From NCBI RefSeq assembly GCF_001194135.2, contig NC_068981.1:42521155-42585154 (forward strand): a stretch of 64,000 nucleotides of DNA. The letters are read 5' to 3'. The DNA is from Octopus bimaculoides (Eukaryota). A program made the position numbers and the translations under genes. Positions 1 through 14,105 of the stretch are shown here, in pieces (the stretch's first letter is position 1; each line of letters opens with the position of its first letter). The notes below the pieces were generated by a model, which was given only the letters and a program-made list of their open reading frames with translations, was not told the DNA's origin and searched no databases.

Positions 1-312
1 CAACTAATTTTATGACATTTTAACAACTGATTCTATTTCTTCACCCCTCACCACATTCTTTACATACTAAGATACTTTAAAGTTTACTGAAAAATAATTT
101 GGTAGACAAATTCTGTTAAACACCTTGCCTCACCTTGCCTCCTGCACTAAGACAAATTACAGATTACCACAATTCCATTGCGCTTAATTGAATGAATCAC
201 TAGTTTTGTCAGTAGTATAACCTAAATATACGAACATATACATGTAGATGTATGTTTAAAACTGATTCTAAACTGATTTTAAGCATGCATGTTTAACATG
301 CTTGTTTGTATA

Positions 313-346
<34 letters not shown>

Positions 347-691
347 CTCGTGCGCGCAGCAAAATCAATGAAGAATACAGTGAAATTGTCATCAGGAATA
401 TAAAAGAAAGTTCTCTCTGAAAAGATGCATTATTTACCCCTCACGACAAGTTCAGTATACTTTTTTTACGAAATAATATGTCTTACCCAGATAGGCCAAC
501 ACTCGTTCCATTTTGATTCTCTCTTATCGAATATACAAATCCAAACATATAGATATAATATATACACACGCTCATACACACACACATATATATCTATGTA
601 AATATGTATATGTTTATGATGTTTATGAATGTAAGTGTATAGGATCATATATGCATGCATACATACATACACACGCATGCATACATAGATT

Positions 692-723
<32 letters not shown>

Positions 724-1936
724 TGTATAAGGAAAGGATATACAATAAAACGACCGACGAGTATCCTCAAGAACGAGCAAAAAGCGTAGAACATAACTGG
801 AGTTGAGAAAAATCTGTTTTCCTATTATTTACGATCTGCGGTAAATACTTTTCATATTTTACCGGACGTAAATAATTTAGAAAATGTTTTTTTCTCATAA
901 GAAAAAATATTTTTGTATGCTTACCACTAAAGTAAGATGCATTTAAAAAAGAAATCTTATGTTCGCTTCTTTGATCGCCATAACAACTTTTTTTTTATAT
1001 ATTCACGGGAATGAATCGATAAGTTAGAATCCGTTGCGAATGTTTTTCACATTTTATCTCTAAAATGTAACTAAATTGTGTTTTTTCATCCTCATATTGA
1101 ACATAAATTACATTATTGTGTTTTTTTCTCAATTTTCCTAACGTTATTTTTTTTATATTTACAGTTATCTCGCGTAGTCTTAAAAATATTGGCGGAGTTT
1201 GTAACATTGAAATTGATTCAAAATCCCCCGAATATATATTGTTTCTTATAATCCAAGACGCAAACATGACATATTCCTGTCGTCCTACCCCCTCCTTTAG
1301 CAAAAAGGAAAATGTTTCCCACAGCCACTCTCAAACGAATGATTGATTGTCGAATTCAAGCTGCTAAATGTGAGGAATATATTTATTATAAGAAAAATAA
1401 GAGTGGAAGCTTAGTAGTTTCCTAAGAAAGGTAATTTATTTCTCTTTCGCTTCTCCCTCTTTCTTCTATTAATTAATTCATTTAGCATGATCAGAAAATA
1501 TTACGCTTTAACGAAGAGCTCTGTCTTAAACTTCAGACTTTTCTTCTTACTTTCGATGAACCAATTTATTCTACTTTTGAACTATTTCCTTTTGTAGTAG
1601 TCTTGCCGACTACAGCAACGAAGACGAAGAATCAGCCGAAAGCAATGAAAATGCGAGACCAATATTTGTTTGTTGAAGTGCCTACATACACATACTCGCA
1701 CAAAACATACATACGCATGTGCTTCTGCACAATATTTGCATGCGTGTGCACACACAAAAATGTTTTTAGAGTAAATCTACCCTAAAGCATACTATCACTT
1801 AAAAATATACTTGATATTATGTTTCAAACGGTGGGTATTGAATATATTTCGCTGTTTGACATTGTTCAACATTTAATGAAAAATATTTATTATATCGGAG
1901 GAGTTTGTAATGGCAAAACACGGGTGCCACAAAGAC

Positions 1937-1976
<40 letters not shown>

Positions 1977-2699
1977 TCCATTTTCGCTGTTGATGTTGTT
2001 ATCGTTGCTCTATATTGGATATGCTTCGCGTCGTCTCGTAGAAGATTTGTTGTTTTTGTTGTAGATACCATTTGGTTTTAAATTTCTTTGAACGTTACGT
2101 GAAGAGTGAAACAATAAGTGTGAGCTTTAAGGGGTACCTTTCTTATAACAAAGAATGTGTCACCACATCATGCATTTTAGTGTTTAGGAAGAGAAATGAT
2201 ACCCCCGATCAAGATACTGAAGAGCGACAATTACTCGTACTTTGATTGAAACATCCCCATCTTAACTACAAGCGGCAGAAAAATAGACGTATACGAGAAT
2301 ATACGAGAACAATATACGAAAACAACAAGAAATCTAACAGCAACAACAATTATACCAATAACTATAACAACACAGCACCAATAAGAACAAACCAGCAAAA
2401 AGACAACAGTATAGCAATAGCAACAACAAGAACGAGACTATCAATAAAATCAGCTGCAACAACAACGATGCCAATAAAGTAAGTTATGTTTCAATCCCGC
2501 AGGTGAACAATTTATTGTTGCATCTTGATGAAGTCAACAAAATACTTTTCTCTCTCATTAAACAAAGAGGTACGCCTTATACAAGCAGCACCACTTGTGA
2601 AAGTGAACGGGGGGAGAACCTAAGTTGCAACCCTAATTGTCGTTTTTGGAAGCGACTGTCCCTAAAACAAGATGTATCACTGTATATCGGCGAAAATCT

Positions 2700-3900
2700 G
2701 ATGCATGAAGTAGGAACACACATCCAAAAGAAAAGAGCACTCAAACATATATGGACAAACATAGAACATATTACTAAGGCTAGGCAATTCAGGAGTATGG
2801 AGGTACTTCAAAATCGAAATCTTCGCGCTGAGGCACTCTGCAGTTCCTATACATGACAGAAAACTATTCCTTACACAAAGTATTTTGAAAGAAGGACTTG
2901 TCGCGTTAAAATAGATTGAGTTCCACCAAGATTAGACAAACAGTGAATATTGTTCCATGTTTTCTTGGAGGGCATAGATACTCCCCTCGACGTAAAAACG
3001 AAGTGAGAAAAAAGCTTTGCTTTGGGTCTATAGTGGAGATCCTTCTGTATGTGAAGCTGTAGTGCAACCGTTTGTTGCTGTCGAGGGTAGAAAGAAAAGA
3101 TTCCACTTTTATGGCACTTAAAGTCACTTAAGTGCTTTATGTTCCCAATAAACAGGAAAGAGGGACATCTACTATTGCTGGAGCATAGGTCCATCAACAA
3201 TTATAGGATTGGAGTATGACAAAATTGGCCAGCCATTGCTTCAAGAAGCTGGTGTTCTTCCGCGAGATACTCAAAAAGACAGGTAAGGCAAGATTCGGAA
3301 GATATCTGAATCAAATTTTTGTCCATAGTGAAAGCAAACCTTTCAGTATAATCTGCTTAAGCTTTAACATCTAGAACGGCGTTGGAATAGGCTGAGAGTT
3401 TACTGATGTACTTGTTAATCGCAGTATATAGGGCTGCATAACACAATAACGAATATCAGTGGAAATGAAAGCTACACAGAGCATTGGCTCGTTGTCGCTC
3501 TTGTAATGCAAATGTGAGCAGAATTAGCATACAAGGAATGAGGAACGACATATGGTAGGGAGGAGTTCTGCTGTTTGATTCGGACCATACAATCATTCTA
3601 GAAGCATCATTCGTCGTGAGTGCTGAGACAAAGTGATGAGATTGATGGTCAGGAAAAATAAAGCCCAATTGTTATAGTTGTGTTTGCAAGGGATTGTTGC
3701 TATGCAGAGAAAGAGAAACCGAGAGAAGATGACGAAGGTTGGCAGTAGCACCACGTCCAGTCTTCAAAAATTCATTGATAGCTGACGTAGCGGTAGCTGT
3801 CTCAGTATCATCACCGTGAGTCGCATCGACGATTGTAGCTCCAAAGGTGGCCGGAAATGCCACCTTAACATCGGTTTCGGAAGTGAACAATAAAGGAACC
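2700..3900 (-). mobile_element. Highly decayed Ty3/gypsy LTR-retrotransposon remnant (gag-like and RT-like segments)
   Basis: Minus-strand peptide HHFVSALTTNDASRM...PPY...LTFALQERQRANAL (3456-3668) resembles gypsy gag (HVVSAL...PY..LK..L...F.LSERQRA..L). Downstream frameshifted pieces AIKVESFLSTLDSNKRLH and FYVEGSIYALQENMEQY resemble RT motifs KVFSTLDL..GYHQ and YIDDILIAS..MEEH. Many stops; no LTRs found. Confidence 0.45.
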
Positions 3901-6900
3901 TAGAAAATTAGAACAAAGTATATTGTACAGTATTTGCTGCATTTGAGTTGCACAGGCCCCCACTTGTCTCTCTTCTCGTGAATAATGAGAGCAATTGATA
4001 GGTCGTTTAAGCATCTGTAATGAATGACAATACTATTTACAAAACGAGATGTAAAATGTTAAATCTATAACGTTCATGGAAAAGTTGAACAGAATTTGAT
4101 AGAAACTGGCCTTCAAGCTAACTTTTGCTGGCATATTTGGAGTTTCAGATCAATACAACGACTAGCTTCTACTAATAAACCAGAATCTACTCGTTCTGCT
4201 TTACTAGAGCGAACACGAACCTACACAGCAACAACAATAGCCATAACCCAAACCTGTAAAAGCTGATGTCTTCCATATCAGCGTTTTTATATACTTTAAA
4301 GATATATTGCAATATACCGATAAAATATATATGTATATGCACGCGAGCACACACAAAATACATACATACATACATACATACACACATACATACATACATA
4401 TACATACATACACACACATGTATGGATGGATATATAAATAGGCAGATATATAGATATAAAATACTCTATTGACAGTGGTATTGGTATCACTGCATTATTA
4501 TAAACAACCTCACTGAAATCAGTATTTTGTTCATAACAATTGCTTTTTTGCGAAGACCAAAAGTGTCACCGATTTAAATTACAGCATCACAGTATTTAGA
4601 AATTGTGAAATTGATATAGGTTTGTGTTGAAATTGTAATACTTGTCAAAATGTTTATTTTTATAAACTCGTTGGAGACATCAGAAGAAATTTTATTGAGT
4701 GGGTATTGTTACAAACTTACACAGTTTCAATACAAATGTCTAGTTTTTGTGCCAAGAATAATGAAAGCACATGTATTATATGTATATAAATAGATGTGTT
4801 GCCAAAATGTCTGGTGGAAAGCCAAACCAACAACAGGAAACTATACAAAGCTAGATTGACCAACAGAAACGATAGATTTTTCATTGAAGTTTGTATCATG
4901 TAAATTTCGACTGGTGGTTGGAAAGTTATTTCTCCCGGAGCTACGTTTAAGAATTGTAACAAACAAAGTGACTATTTGGGTCGACGAGGTTATTGTTCTA
5001 AAACAACAGTGCTTTGCTATATCGTGTAAATTTAGAATTCTAATTGAAATTTGATTTAGCCGCTAGGATTGACAACGCTGGAATTTTCGAACAGCAGAGC
5101 GACTATAGAACATAACGGAAGCAACCTATTAAACGAAAAGACTCATAATTGCTCTCACTAAATTAAAAGAACTTACAGGGTTGAATTTACTGATAGAATC
5201 CCATAAATCAAATATATGATAAAGTTATACACATTAGAGTTTTAAATTTTCGATTAGTTTTCGTGGTTTTCTAAATAATGGAACTATAACTGTCTTTCAG
5301 TACTTTCTTTTATCTGAGATTATCTAACAATTACGTTATGTTATGGGCAATATTTTAGTACGAAGTATTTGATTCTTTAACACTAAATCGATAAACATAA
5401 AACAAGTAAAATCTACCAACATTACCTGAGTCTAACAGCATTGAATGGGCGAGTGTCAGATTCATATCTAAATAATATGCTACACTATATACTATGCATT
5501 TTATCAATAGTGAGAGAGCTAACATGCTAGGTAAAATAGTCGTTAATTTCATACTCAAACTTTTAGGCATTCGTTCAGTTGTTTTTCTTGCGTAAGAAAA
5601 TATAGATAAAAGCTATCAAATCTAACAAATCTGCTTTTAATTAGTTGTATTTCAACAAGAAGTTGACTGGTTCTGGTATACAGAGTAACTTCACATCAGT
5701 TGTTCACTTGTTAGCTTATTTATGATCTTGCGTCAGTTCAACTAGTACAAAGATACCGAATAGTTTTTTTATACTAGCACAAGGTTTTAGATCTATAAAA
5801 AATCGGACGAGTGATACTGGGACACTTATAACCTAGGTCGCATAGAGACACTTATAACCTTGTCACATGCAATAATAAATAACGAACAGCCTAAACGAGT
5901 GTCCAATACTAACTGATCAAATTATGAGCCCTAGTTATTGCCACCATGCGTTTTATTTTAACTACAAGGCACCTATTTTAGATAGTGATAAAAGGGGCAT
6001 GCTTGTCGTTTTCGATCTAATGAGGGAATCTCTTTTTGGTTGCACAATATGCTTGAAGTAGCAACCAAATCTTTCTGACATTTCAGTCTAGTGTTTATAA
6101 CTATGTAGCTGATGTTGGATAATGTAAACCAGAGGTGACTCGGAAATTAAACATCAGTATATATGTTATTTTATTCCGGTGTTCACTAATATGACGTTAT
6201 ATCCAGTTAATATACGACATCAGTCACCATCTCGCTCCTACATACTTAGCTACAAAATTTCTTTAGATGTTTTCACCAGTTTTGCTTTTCTTTGTCAAAA
6301 ACACTTTTTTCCATATTCCTCCAGCTACATACTTGCAATATTCTCATAAGCCTATATCTTAGTACCGGCCTTTAACTGACACCATACTATATTATGCTAA
6401 TTATCTAACCACCCCACCTCAAAATACATTTGATACATCCTGTTAAACCAGATATAATGTTTACAAAGCTGTCACGGTATTCTTTGGCTATTACAAATAC
6501 TCCGCCAATTTTGAGAGAAATTAAGAAATAACATTTCCACGTCAAAGAACGAACACCCGTAATTACATTGGCTAATTTGTTATTACTCTTCTTTTTATTG
6601 TATTACAGTTCCTTGTTCCGAAGGTAATGAGTAAACTTTGCTTTAAGTAAAGCGAGTGAAGAACATTGATGTAGAATGTTGCATTATTCATGAGAGGCTG
6701 TAATATTTTGGGAAACTAAAGTGCTGACCAATATTACCGGGACTTAATCATCAAGCATAACAAAGAACGGTTTCTTTATCTACATCATAATAGTAGGCTA
6801 CTAACAGCTATCAATATTCTGTGGTCGACAGCTATTCAACTTGTCAGTAAACTGTAGTCATTTATTAGGTAGTTCATTTCCGAGTAGAACAATAGTTGTG

Positions 6901-8124
6901 AGCATATTTTCAAACATTGATTTGACGTTCAAAAGCATTGATTTGTTCTGTTTATACTTGTTCAAGTTAGTAAGAAGTGTTATATTACTATCCAGAGGGG
7001 AAATGATTCGGTGTCAAACAATACAATATGAAGAACAATATCGCATATCAAAATCTTAATATAAACTTACCTAAATTAAATGACTGTAATCTCTAAACAC
7101 TAATCGTCTAAAGTGAAACCGCTTATACATAACGTTACCCAAGAATTATATTAACAATGAACATCTTATTACATTCTACAAGAGTGAAATATTCACCATA
7201 AGGATTTACCGTTCTTATAGCTATAAGAATCTTGGATGTCAATGAATTTCAGTAACTTGCCTACTGAGGCTGAAGTAGTTCAGTGTTAGTTGGATTAGAT
7301 GGAACACACCTATCATTCCAACCGTGAGCATAATATTTTTCTTTCATGCTGACATAGTTCTGCAACCACACTTTCCAATGTGACTTGTTTTGAGGAAAAA
7401 TTCGTCGCTATTTCTTGCAGATCGGGCGGTTGACACTTCAATGAACGAGGGCGGCACCTATGAAGTTACTCGAGCTGAAGGAAGACAGGTTGATTTTTAG
7501 CAATCTGATAGTTCAATTTGTAACCCTGTTTCCAGCCATTATTTCACATCCAGTGGACTCGATATTAAGAAGATTACCAAATATTACGTCTACTATAATG
7601 TTGATACAACAGTTTCATCTTGCTCAAATCTCCAAAAGTGTGCTCCATTTCGACCAAAAACTAATGCTGTAGCTCGAATAGCCTACAATAATTTGATACT
7701 TCGCGCCTGAATTTACACGCAATAATTCATTTTAAGACACTTTTTCCTTTATTTCTCTTTATCAAAACTTTCACGCTTTCAAACTTTCTATCTGTATATT
7801 GAATCTCATTAACCGCTCTCACCGGTTATCGATTTGAGGAAAGAGATTTCACAGAGTAAGAGCAATAATATTTCTCTGCGGGCATCACAAGAAATCGATC
7901 TATTTATATCGAGTCCTCGCTGGCGTGTCGAAATAAGTGTAGTTAAACAGGGCTGAAAATTCTATTTCTGGTTAATGACATGAATAACTTGACCTCTAAT
8001 GTTTAAAGGGTAATATTTTGAACTTAGATATTTAGGGATAAATATGCTGACCACTGGTATCTTCAGTCTATATGTATGTAAGTATGTATATATGTATGTA
8101 TGCATGCATTTATATTCATATTGG

Positions 8125-8476
8125 TTATTGGATGGGATTTTCCATGTTCAGGACGAAGGCCTCAGCATATTCTCTCCACCGACCATGGTCTGATAAATAG
8201 ACTGAGCATTTGAGCTTGAGATCATACTGGTTTGATGAGCCTACTCTTCCACGCTGCCTTGACATGGCTTGGCATAGAGGTGCAGTTCTTTTGGTATACT
8301 TTTACACAGGGGTAGCTAAGTTAATGACATTCGTCACAGTGCTCAACTGGTACTTATTTTATCGACCCCGAAAGGATGACAGCCAGTGTCGACAAAAGGT
8401 GAACCCACAACAAAGACAGACGAGGTATCATTGAACATTTTGTCCGGTATGCTAACGATTCTGCCAGCTCTCCGCC
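8125..8476 (-). mobile_element. SINE family A copy extended by an RTE-like LINE 3' tail
   Basis: Reverse complement has head GGCGGAGAGCTGGCAGAATCGTTAGC and core CATCCTTTCGGGGTCGATAAAATAAGTACCAGTTGAGCACTG, then a 3' segment encoding SDHGRWREYAEAFVLNMENPIQ*, similar to RTE ORF2 C-termini. Confidence 0.7.
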
Positions 8477-8693
<217 letters not shown>

Positions 8694-8700
<7 letters not shown>

Positions 8701-9942
8701 GACATGACAAGTAAATAGAAACCCCCCATAAAGCATCGTTTTATATTTATTCTCACTTGTAAAAGTTTATACTTTTTATTAATTCACATTTTTATGTTTC
8801 AGGTTCTATATGTGATTGTTTAATAATACCATGTACAAAAGAATCCATGGAACTGTCTGAATTTCAAAGAGGCCGTATCGTGCGTCATTCAGAAGGTGGA
8901 CATAGTCAGCGTAAAATCGCAGAAAACTTTGGGATCCCGCTTTCTACAGTTAATAGTGATTGTGCAATTCCCCAGAGAGGGGAAGAAGTTCATACCGTTT
9001 CGTCCAGATCAACCAGAGCCCTCTGACAGGGCCATTCTCTTTGTTAAGAAAAATGTGGAGGATACTCCTCGTTGCGAGGCGTCTGACATAACAGAATACG
9101 TTGATTTCTGTCTCAGAACAGCTGTCAGGTATCTCCACAAACTTAGTTTCTATGGCAGAGCAGCAAGAAGGAAGCCACTTCTTCGACCAGCCAACATTAA
9201 GTGAAGAAAAGATTGGGCCAGTGAGATGGTGGAGAGGCCACTAGCCATTTAGGGCTCTGTCATATTCTCTGATGAGTGCAGATCTGCTGTATTTCTTGAC
9301 AATGGTCGAGTGTAGATCTGGAGACTCTGTGATCAGGAATTTGATGGGAAAAGATTGCAGCCAACAATGAAACACGGCAGCTATTCAGTGATGGTCTGGG
9401 GAGCAATTTGGAGCAATGGTTGATCAGAGCTAGTGGAGTGTGAGGGAAATATAAACTCAGATATATATATGTGTCCATATTGCAGAAAGGACTCCTTCCA
9501 ATCATCTCCAGTGGTGAAATGATAAAAGAAGACTCTTTATTTATGGAAAATGGAGCTCCTTGTCACACGGCTAAAATGCCCCAAGATTTGTTGGATGAAT
9601 ATGACATTAAAAAGCTTCCATGACCAATCCAGTCACCAGATATGAACTCCATTGAGACATAATGGACTGGACATTTCATAAAAAGAACAAGATAGTATCT
9701 TCAAAGCCAGATCTTTTGAGATTACTGCATGAAACTTGGCAAGAAATTCTGCAAGACTACAAGATAGTATTTTTCATCTTATCAGTAACATGCCAAATAG
9801 GGTCCTTGCATCGAAAAATGCAAAGGGCATGTCTACTAAATATTAAATATTCACATTATAACAGTTAATAAATAATTTGGATGTATAATTTCACATTTGA
9901 ATAAATTTTAATGATTATAAGGGCGTCTATTTACTTCTGTCA

Positions 9943-9952
<10 letters not shown>
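8694..9952 (+). mobile_element. Near full-length, inactivated Tc1-family DNA transposon
   Basis: Imperfect TIRs: left CACATAGACATGACAAGTAAATAGAAACCCC (about 8694-8726) versus reverse complement of right end CACACATACATGACAGAAGTAAATAGACGCCC (about 9921-9952), enclosing a transposase pseudogene. Confidence 0.9.
8847..9846 (+). pseudogene. Tc1 DD34E transposase pseudogene
   Basis: [28 protein letters not shown] (HTH), [40 protein letters not shown] (second D eroded), QSPDMNSIE, and C-terminal NAKGMSTKY*. Frameshifts and in-frame stops present. Confidence 0.92.
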
Positions 9953-9988
<36 letters not shown>

Positions 9989-10832
9989 CGTGTTTGCGCG
10001 CGCGTGCGTGTATATTACGCGCACACATACACACATATATTCTACCAGTTTAATCATTTTGTTATAGCAATCTTTATGGTAGACTTTATCTTACATTATT
10101 TCGGGACCGATAAAATCAGCCTTGTTCCTATGTAATAACTCATAATTATTTCGTATTAAAGTATTTTTCAGCACAGTGTCAAGATATTTATTTATAATAA
10201 ATATAATTCATCAATTCTATGTGAAATTTTAACTTATGATAATCAGATAAAAAAGATATAAAAAGGAGAAGTAAAGCAAGGTAGATAGAGAAAAATGGTG
10301 GTGAGAAACATGAATGATCATAAAACCATTGTTCTTTAACGTAGGCACAAGAGAACTAACTAGATTATAATCCAATCAATCCCAGTATTTATCTGTTACT
10401 TATTGCTCGAAATTAGAGCTTCGAAAATTAAAAAAAAATCGTAATTTTGCGTTTCACAATGCATACAATTTTACTTGGTGTTGAATAGAAATCGGAAAAA
10501 TAATTGTGACTAATTTCTTTTGTGCATTGATAATTTTGGTTGTATCACGAAAGATTCAGCTGTTGTTTAACAAAGCGAGAATGTTCAGTAGGGAAAAGAC
10601 CTAAAACTAATTCAAGCTGTTTATTGTACATATATATGTATATATATATATATTGTACATATATATGTATATATGAGTTTGCGTTTGTATATGTTTCTCA
10701 TTTAGAAACGGAAAAGTTGAAATGCCTTAGGCATTTGAAAGTCAAATCTGTTGTGAACTAGCTATATTAACCACAACAAAACGAAAACAAAAGATTGACT
10801 GCCTAGATTAAGAAAAATTAACATAAATAGAT

Positions 10833-11042
10833 AATATTGATTTTAAATTTTGGTACAAGGCCAGCAAGTTCGGAGGAGAGGTTAAGTCGATTACGCCGAC
10901 CCCAGTGCTCAACTGGTAATTATTTCATCGACCACGAAAGGAAAAGACGGCTGCGGAGGAAATTGAACTCGAAGCGTAAAGACGGAAGAAATGCCGCTAA
11001 GCATTTTGCCTGGTGTGGCAACGATTTTGCCAGCTCACCGCC
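10833..11042 (-). mobile_element. SINE family A, full-length copy
   Basis: Reverse complement GGCGGTGAGCTGGCAAAATCGTTG...GAGTTCAATTTCC...ACCAGTTGAGCACTGGGGTCGGCGTAATCGACTTAACC...GCTGGCCTTGTACCAAAATTTAAAATC. Confidence 0.85.
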
Positions 11043-11074
11043 TTACTCTAGCAATTAATATTAGCTACTTAAAG

Positions 11075-11292
11075 GGTGGTGAGCTGGCAGAATTGTTACC
11101 AATCTGGGCAAAATGCTTAGCGGCATTTCGTTCGTCTTTAGGCTTTGAGTTCAAATTCCGCTGAGGTCGACTTTCCCTTTCGTCGTTTCGGAGTCGATAA
11201 AATAAGAACCAGTTGAGTACTGGGGTCGAGATAATCAACTAACCCTTTCCCTCTAAGTTGCTGGCCTGTGCCTACATTTGAAGCTAATATTA
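11075..11292 (+). mobile_element. SINE family A, full-length copy
   Basis: GGTGGTGAGCTGGCAGAATTG (A-box-like), GAGTTCAAATTCC (B-box-like), core GTCGACTTT..TTTCGGAGTCGATAAAATAAGAACCAGTTGAGTACTGGGGTCGA, 3' end GAAGCTAATATT. Confidence 0.85.
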
Positions 11293-12654
11293 ATTACTAA
11301 AGTCTGGTATCTATCTATCTATCTATCTATCTAGCTAGCTAGCTAGATATCCCCCAAGGTATTTCTCTGTCCACTTGTAAATATATTAAACTGATGATAA
11401 ATTAAATGACAACTACGTACTTGTTTGCAGATTACAATAAATCCTATATTTATAAATAGCTAAATATTACGTAATTCTAAGATTTTGTCAGCGTGATATA
11501 GATTGTCAGGTAATAAAGAGAAATTTTTTAGATCCCATCTTTATATGTTAAGCCAGTATAATTTATTAAAATTATCACAGTAGTATTGTTTCAGTGTTTT
11601 AAACGGTTTTGTAATGAATAACGTGTACACTTACAACCCGTTACGATATAATTTTATATAATAGAAATATTGAGCTTTTTTCTATCTATCTTTATTAATA
11701 TTCATTACAATATTTATTCAATAGAATTTGGGAGTATAATATCGAAGTGGAGGTCACTCTAACGTTGTTATTGCAACGTTATGTTATCTTTTATAGCATT
11801 TTTGGATCATTTGAGTATTTTATTGCTGAAATCTGTGTATGACTTCGAAGCAATTAGAAGAGCACGTTTGGAAATGTGGAACTTCACTCAGTTTATTTTC
11901 TCGATGTTTTTGCGAGATGATTTATTATGAAAAATTCTTCAGTTACGCACAGATTACGGAAAGAGTCTAAGTGTGTAAAAGGATTGATGAGTCTACAAGA
12001 ATGCATCATTTAATACTGCAAGCTAATTCATTAGTTTTGATATAGGTTACGACGCTAGTGCCGAATCGTCTCCGTAAACTTCTGAAAATATAAATATATA
12101 GGTGTTATCTGAATTTAAATGGACTTGCAGTCAATACGATGTAATCTATGCTGTTCTGATTTAAAGTTTCATTTGACTGTGGATAAGTAGATCAACGATT
12201 TTGACAATTGTATTCTGTAGTTTATGCATGACTGGAACAAGTTTCATGATAATCTTTTTGACCGAAAAATATAAGGCTGAAAGGATAGTGAACTTATATT
12301 TTACGATCAAAGGAGACATAACTGCAATCCTCCTCTTTTGCTTCTTTCTGTTTTCTTTTTCGTTTTCCGGTTTTCACCCTTCCTCCTTTTATATCTATTT
12401 ATTTCTCGTTTTTCTCGTTTTTACCTCTCATCCTATCAACATTTTCTAACTGGTTATGCCATGTGGGAATTGCCTGAAGATTGCGATAAGGCACCAGATG
12501 TGCTAAAAAATGCAATCTGAGATGCTTTCGTCGCATGAAAATAATAGTAGCCCATAAAAACATATTGTGTTTATAAAATAATATTTATCTCTACCAGATG
12601 GAGTACTTTTTTGTTGATCTTACCATCACAGAACAGTAAACTACATACACACAC

Positions 12655-12765
12655 TCGCTCTCTCTCGCTCTCTCTCGCTCTCTCTCGCTCTCTCTCGCTC
12701 TCTCTCGCTCTCTCTCTCTCGCTCTCTCTCACTCTCTCTCTCGCTGTCTCTCACTTTCTCTCTCT
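12655..12765. repeat. CT-rich repeat with (TCTCTCGCTC)n decamer units
   Basis: At least five consecutive TCTCTCGCTC units at 12661-12710, decaying into (CT)n. Confidence 0.9.
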
Positions 12766-13516
12766 CTCATACACACAAAATCCAACGTTGTTATTTAAAT
12801 ATGTCTGACTGATACCGTGAACTATAATATTTGGGATACCTCATGTAAATATGAATAGTTTTTTATGGTTCTCATTATAAGTTGACAATAAAAGTCTAAT
12901 ATATGCAGCAGATTCAATTCAATATGTTGATAACAAAAGCACATATGTTGACATTAAAAAATCCCAGAAAAAAAAATCTATTAGCACATTACCGTCGAAA
13001 TCTTACATGTAAAATATACATTGGTGTCGACAGAACTCGAAACTGAGTGACGAAGTCACTACACCAAGAAAATAATGGTAAAATAAATATTCTTAACAGT
13101 GCTATATTAAGAAACCGCAATTACATCTGGTACTTAACTGAGACTTAATTTATTGACTTAGAAAGGCAAAATTGTATTCAATGTAACAGTGAACTGAGAA
13201 CTTAATAAACGCTTCAAAATGCACGGCATTGTGTTCAGAGAGATATAGATACTATCAAGTAGCTGATGTTCTAAATATTATCATAATGATGTTAATATGG
13301 GTGGATATGTATATACGGGATAAAGAAAATCCTACCTTTTGTAAGTCTTCCCGAGCTAAGCCAAATTTCACACCGCTCTTAACGGTAACAACTTCGCTAG
13401 AATAATGAGACAACTCTCATTTCTTCCGTCTGTTACCTCAACCACCACATGAAATAGAGTGGTTAACGCAGAGTGAGAGAGAGAGGGAGAGAATGACATT
13501 GAAAGAGAGAGACAGG

Positions 13517-13567
<51 letters not shown>

Positions 13568-13721
13568 GAAGGGAGAGAAAGAGAGAGAGAAAGTCGTTTA
13601 CTGGCACACAATTTTGTCCAGCAAACATCTAACATGTCCATTCAATCTGCTGAAAAGAAGAGATAATTTCTCACAAGTCACAATGTACTGTCTTAAAGGT
13701 TATACTTAACAGCAATTGTAG

Positions 13722-13920
13722 AAGCGCGCGGCTTAATGGTTAGGGTATTGGCCTCGTGATCATAAGATTGTGGTTTCAATTTCTGGACTGGGTGACAAAA
13801 ATGCGTAATCCTGCAACGGACTAGTGTCCCATCCAGGTGGAAACCGGGAAACTGGAAACCGGCCCTTATGAATTGATATGACTCGAGAAGGAAAATTTAC
13901 CTTTTTTTTAAACTTTACCT
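13722..13920 (+). mobile_element. tRNA-headed SINE (short variant)
   Basis: Head GCGCGCGGCTTAATGGTTAGGGTATTGGCCTCGTGATCATAAGATTGTGGTTTCAATTTCTGGAC; body TCCCATCCAGGTGGAAACCGGGAAACTGG...CCCTTATG. Confidence 0.65.
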
Positions 13921-13984
13921 TACAGCATTGATTTCGCTGAAGTCATGAACAACACTCTTCTTCCTATGCCTTTATCTTATCGGA

Positions 13985-14105
13985 TTTTTAATGATGAACG
14001 CCAAAGTTGATCTCAACGGGATTTATGCAGAGAATGCAAATAGACGCAATATTCACCGCAATCTATTGTTTACGATGCCCTGCAATTTCTGTTGGCTCTC
14101 TCCCT
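13985..14105 (-). mobile_element. Very degenerate SINE family A 5' half
   Basis: GATGAACGCCAAAGTTGATCTCAACGGGATTT aligns loosely to the reverse complement of the family A core. Confidence 0.4.

Noticed and set aside
2320-2482. Asn/Thr-rich ORF
   Set aside because: Decayed (AAC)n repeat.
7190-7720. ORF-like, moderately GC-rich stretch
   Set aside because: Stops in all frames and no motif I can recognise.
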